From the NCBI GenBank assembly GCA_963700285.1, contig CAVOXA010000022.1:256001-320000 (forward strand): 64,000 nucleotides of DNA, written 5' to 3'. The notes below the pieces were generated by a model. The model did not search any database, had not been told where the DNA came from, and was given only the letters and a program-made list of their open reading frames with translations. Position 1 is the first letter of the stretch, and each line of letters opens with the position of its first letter. Shown piece after piece: positions 60,573 through 64,000 of the stretch. The position numbers were made by a program, and so were the translations under genes. The DNA is from an uncultured Chloroflexia bacterium (lineage in GTDB: Bacteria; Chloroflexota; Anaerolineae; JAAYZQ01).

Positions 60573-62138
60573 ATGAGTGCACAGTTTGATGTCGTTATCA
60601 ACAATGGCCGGGTTATGGATCCGGAAACGATGTACGACGCCGTGGCGAACGTCGGCATCAAGGACGGCCGCATCGCCGTCATCACGAGGGAAAAGATCAC
60701 CGGAAGAGAGACCGTCGACGCCACCGGGCACGTGGTGGCACCGGGTTTCATCGACACCCACAGCCACTGGCCCCGGCCCATGGGCTATAAACTTGGGCTG
60801 CGCGATGGCCGGACCAGCGTGATGGACCTCGAGATTGGTACCCTGGGGACTCATATGGACCAGTGGTACCAGGAACGGGAGGGAAGGGCCCAGGTGAACT
60901 ACGGAGCGGCCAGCGCCCACGAGTTCGCCCGTTCCCTGGTCCTCGACGGCATCACAGCTATTGACACCCCAGAAGCCGGCAAGTCCCGCGGCGGCGGGAA
61001 TGGGTGGTCCTCGAAGAAGGTCGACCTGGAAGAAGGGAACAAAATCCTCCAGGTTCTCGATGAAGGGTTGCGTGCCGGCGGCCTCGGCATCGGCTCCACC
61101 CTCGGCTATATGCGCGACGGCGTTTCCGCCCGTGAGGTCTTTGAACTGCAGAAGCTGGCCGGCCTATATGGCCGGCAGACAGGTTTCCACTTCCGCTACA
61201 CTCCGGGGACCGAGGTAACAGAGTCGAACGGCATCCAGGAGATGCTGGCCAATGCGGCGGCGCTCGGTGCGCCGGCCCTGGCTTGTCACTTTAACAACCC
61301 CGGTTACAATCTCGTCCATGAGCTGCTGGTCCGGATGCGGGCGCGCGGCATGAACGTATGGGGCGAGATCTACCCCTATGCCGCCGGCGGCACGGCCCTG
61401 AACGCCGTCTTCTTGGAACCGGAGATGTGGGTCGATACGCTCGGCTACAAATATGAGGAGACCTTGCAGGATGTGTTGACCGGCGAATGGTACACCCAGC
61501 AGTCGCGCGAAGAAATGCTCAAGCAGGAACCGACCCGGCTGGTGGTTGTCTACAAGATGCCCAAGTCGACGATCGTAGACTGGCTCAGGCTACCGGGCGT
61601 GGCCGTTGCCAGCGATACCTTGCCCATACTCGACAATTCCATCACCTGGGACACACCGTACGAGAGCCTACCCAACAGCCATCCGCGGGGGGCTGGTTGC
61701 TGTGCGAAGGCGCTCCGTATGGCCCGGGAAAACGATATCCCTCTGATGCAAACCCTCTCGCAGCTCAGCTACAACTCGGTCAAACCCCTTGGCGACATGG
61801 GGCTCAAGGCAATGCAGGAACGGGGTCGTATGCAGGAAGGAAAGGTGGCGGATGTCACCATTTTTGATCCGGAAACAGTGACTGACAATTCCACCTACGC
61901 GCAGGGGACGCTTCCCTCATCCGGCATTCCCTACGTCCTGGTGAACGGCACCATTGTGGTCAAGGACTCGAAGGTGCTCAAGGGCGTGAATCCCGGTCAG
62001 CCGATCCGGTTTGAGCCGGAGGCCAAAGGCCGCTATGAACCGCTAAGCGTCGAGGCCTGGAAGCACATCTACACGGTTTCACCTGTGGAGTTCGGCGGCT
62101 CGGAACCGTTTGGAGAGCACGGCCTGGCTTGCTGCTAG
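60573..62138 (+). CDS. Amidohydrolase (D-glutamate/D-aminoacylase-like)
   Basis: NGRVMDPET, APGFIDTHSH, VASD, HPRGAG, GKVADVTIFDP. Confidence 0.88.
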   Translation: MSAQFDVVINNGRVMDPETMYDAVANVGIKDGRIAVITREKITGRETVDATGHVVAPGFIDTHSHWPRPMGYKLGLRDGRTSVMDLEIGTLGTHMDQWYQEREGRAQVNYGAASAHEFARSLVLDGITAIDTPEAGKSRGGGNGWSSKKVDLEEGNKILQVLDEGLRAGGLGIGSTLGYMRDGVSAREVFELQKLAGLYGRQTGFHFRYTPGTEVTESNGIQEMLANAAALGAPALACHFNNPGYNLVHELLVRMRARGMNVWGEIYPYAAGGTALNAVFLEPEMWVDTLGYKYEETLQDVLTGEWYTQQSREEMLKQEPTRLVVVYKMPKSTIVDWLRLPGVAVASDTLPILDNSITWDTPYESLPNSHPRGAGCCAKALRMARENDIPLMQTLSQLSYNSVKPLGDMGLKAMQERGRMQEGKVADVTIFDPETVTDNSTYAQGTLPSSGIPYVLVNGTIVVKDSKVLKGVNPGQPIRFEPEAKGRYEPLSVEAWKHIYTVSPVEFGGSEPFGEHGLACC

Positions 62139-62251
62139 TCCATAGTCGAACTGTCAGTAATCCGTGCAGTCCGTTGTTACAAAAACCGCTGTGTAGCAGC
62201 GGGCTGCACTCGACGATAGGGATGGGTGAGCATCAATAAGGAGGTCCAGCA

Positions 62252-63790
62252 ATGACTGCATCAAAAACTGAGAAGCCGAAAGAAATCGGGCGAACGCCCT
62301 CGATGTTCGCCTCTCTGCTGGTGCTCGGGGTGATGATCGCCCTGATCCTGCTGTCAGTGGTCCTGTTTGGCAGCACAGTGGCAGACGGTCCGCTGCAGGT
62401 GAGTATGACCCTGGCCACGCTTTTCGCCTTGGGCGTCGCCATGCACTACGGCTTCCGCGGTTCTCTCATCAGCGAGGCCATCTCAAGCGGTGTCAATGGC
62501 GCGATTGGCACGGTTTTTGTCATCATCGCCATCGGCACCGTGATCGGGACCCTCTATCTATCTGGCTCCGTAGCCGCCTTTGTGTACTATGGCGTGGCCA
62601 TCGTCAGCCCCAAGCTCTTTTATCTCATCGTGTTCCTCATCGCTTCGGTGGTAAGCATCCTGCTGGGAAGCTCCCTGACCACGGTGGGGGCCATCGGCAT
62701 TGCCTTTGTCGGTTTGGCTTCCATCGTGGGTGTCAATCCGGCCATCGCCGCCGGCGCCGCCGTATCGGGCGCGATTCTGGGGAACAAGATCGCCAAAATC
62801 TCGGACACGGCCAATCTGACGGTCGCCACTGTCGGCGGCCTCACGATCGACGAGCATTCCCGCATGGTCACGCGCACAGCCATTCCCGCCGCGTTGATCA
62901 GCGGGCTGCTCTATCTCCTACTTGGATTCCTTGGCGGTTCGGTGGAAGGTGCGGTTGATGTTGCCCAAGTGCAAGGGACCCTCGCACAGTACTTTAACAT
63001 CTCTCTTCTGGCATTTGTGCCGGTCCTCTTGATCTTTTTGCTCTCGGCCCTCCGGTTTTCGGCCTACATGTCCCTGATGTTGTCAGCCATCTTTGCGGTC
63101 GTGCTGGCGGCCTTTACCCAACACGATCTGATCGTCTCCCTGGCCGGCGACCCCAGTCTCAGTTATTTCGACGCCGTCCTCAAAGTAGGCATTGATACCT
63201 TCACCAATGGCTTTCATCTTAACAGCGGTGTTGAGCAACTGGACACGCTGTTTGCCGGTGGCGGAGTAGCCGGCATGCTGACCACGGTCTGGCTGGTCCT
63301 GATGGCGGCGAGCTTTGGCGCCGTGGCCGGCTACACCGGGATGCTGCAGCGCATCATTACGCCGGTGATCAACCGGACGAAGGGGCCGGCGTCGCTGGTG
63401 TTGGTCACGATGCTGACCTCGATCGGCATGAATTTCGCGACGGCGGATCCCTATACGAGCGTCGTGCTGACGGGGCGTATGTTCCGGAAGGAATATATGC
63501 AGGAGCGCCTCAAACCGGTGCTTCTGTCAGCTTCGATGGCCGATTCGGGCACCATCTTCTCGCACATCATCCCCTGGAACGTCCACGGAGCGCTGTTCGC
63601 CGGGACCTTGGGGCTCGCCACACTGTCGTGGGCGCCGTATACGTTCCTTGCTTATCTGACGCCCATCGTGACCTTTGTGATGGTCTATGTTCACTACATG
63701 CGCAAAGAGCAGCTAGCCAGTGACGAGGATGCCGAGAAGGTCTATGGCGATGAACCCGACCAGATCCCCGCGCCGGCCGATTTGGCATAG
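62252..63790 (+). CDS. NhaC family Na+/H+ antiporter or amino acid transporter
   Basis: GSSLTTVGAIG, GAAVSGAILGNK...SDTANL, IPWN; about 12 TM segments. Confidence 0.85.
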   Translation: MTASKTEKPKEIGRTPSMFASLLVLGVMIALILLSVVLFGSTVADGPLQVSMTLATLFALGVAMHYGFRGSLISEAISSGVNGAIGTVFVIIAIGTVIGTLYLSGSVAAFVYYGVAIVSPKLFYLIVFLIASVVSILLGSSLTTVGAIGIAFVGLASIVGVNPAIAAGAAVSGAILGNKIAKISDTANLTVATVGGLTIDEHSRMVTRTAIPAALISGLLYLLLGFLGGSVEGAVDVAQVQGTLAQYFNISLLAFVPVLLIFLLSALRFSAYMSLMLSAIFAVVLAAFTQHDLIVSLAGDPSLSYFDAVLKVGIDTFTNGFHLNSGVEQLDTLFAGGGVAGMLTTVWLVLMAASFGAVAGYTGMLQRIITPVINRTKGPASLVLVTMLTSIGMNFATADPYTSVVLTGRMFRKEYMQERLKPVLLSASMADSGTIFSHIIPWNVHGALFAGTLGLATLSWAPYTFLAYLTPIVTFVMVYVHYMRKEQLASDEDAEKVYGDEPDQIPAPADLA

Positions 63791-64000
63791 AAGTCTCTGC
63801 CGGCAGGTCGGATGTGATGAAGATGCTTATTTGTCCTCGGCTACGGCGACGAGCAGGCGCTATCTCATCACATGGTTGCCGGGCCAGTCGCGCTGTGGTA
63901 GGGGCAGGACCGGAACGGTGGTGTCCCTCGAGATTGAAGACGAGCGTGGGGGACGCACCATCGTCACGCTGGCCTGAGCGCAGGGCTTTGGCTGGCTCCA

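Noticed and set aside
63800-64000. Possible cNMP-binding domain fragment with in-frame TGA (…GRTIVTLA*AQGFGW)
   Set aside because: Weak similarity, no clear start, and cut by the window edge. Neither a gene nor a recoding call can be supported.

Overview
GC-rich bacterial chromosomal window. Gene content and style suggest Chloroflexota/Anaerolineae (inference). About 7 isolated single-base frameshifts occur in otherwise intact genes and are probably assembly indels. Left to right: an aminotransferase and small membrane/flavodoxin genes; two paralogous cation-homeostasis clusters (MpsC/DUF2294, PII-like/CBS, NhaD or CPA2 antiporter, USPs, P-type ATPase), each behind tandem riboswitch-like leaders resembling the Na+-I/DUF1646 motif; two GTAG-REP/BIME-type tandem arrays; sugar and amidohydrolase catabolic genes with a peptide ABC transporter; an ECF sigma/anti-sigma/CHAT/S8 protease locus with three small paralogous genes and a shared ECF-type promoter motif; a cluster of orphan ribosomal proteins (bL35, bS22, bS21) with DksA/TraR; GH5; a corrinoid methyl-transfer module; and a MalT-like regulator, amidohydrolase and NhaC-type transporter. 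Best novelty candidate: two adjacent small paralogous membrane-protein genes missed by the ORF track (22356-22541, 22567-22791). Each has an in-frame TGA at the homologous position, followed at identical spacing by a hairpin with an identical CGTGT loop, suggesting a new selenoprotein family.
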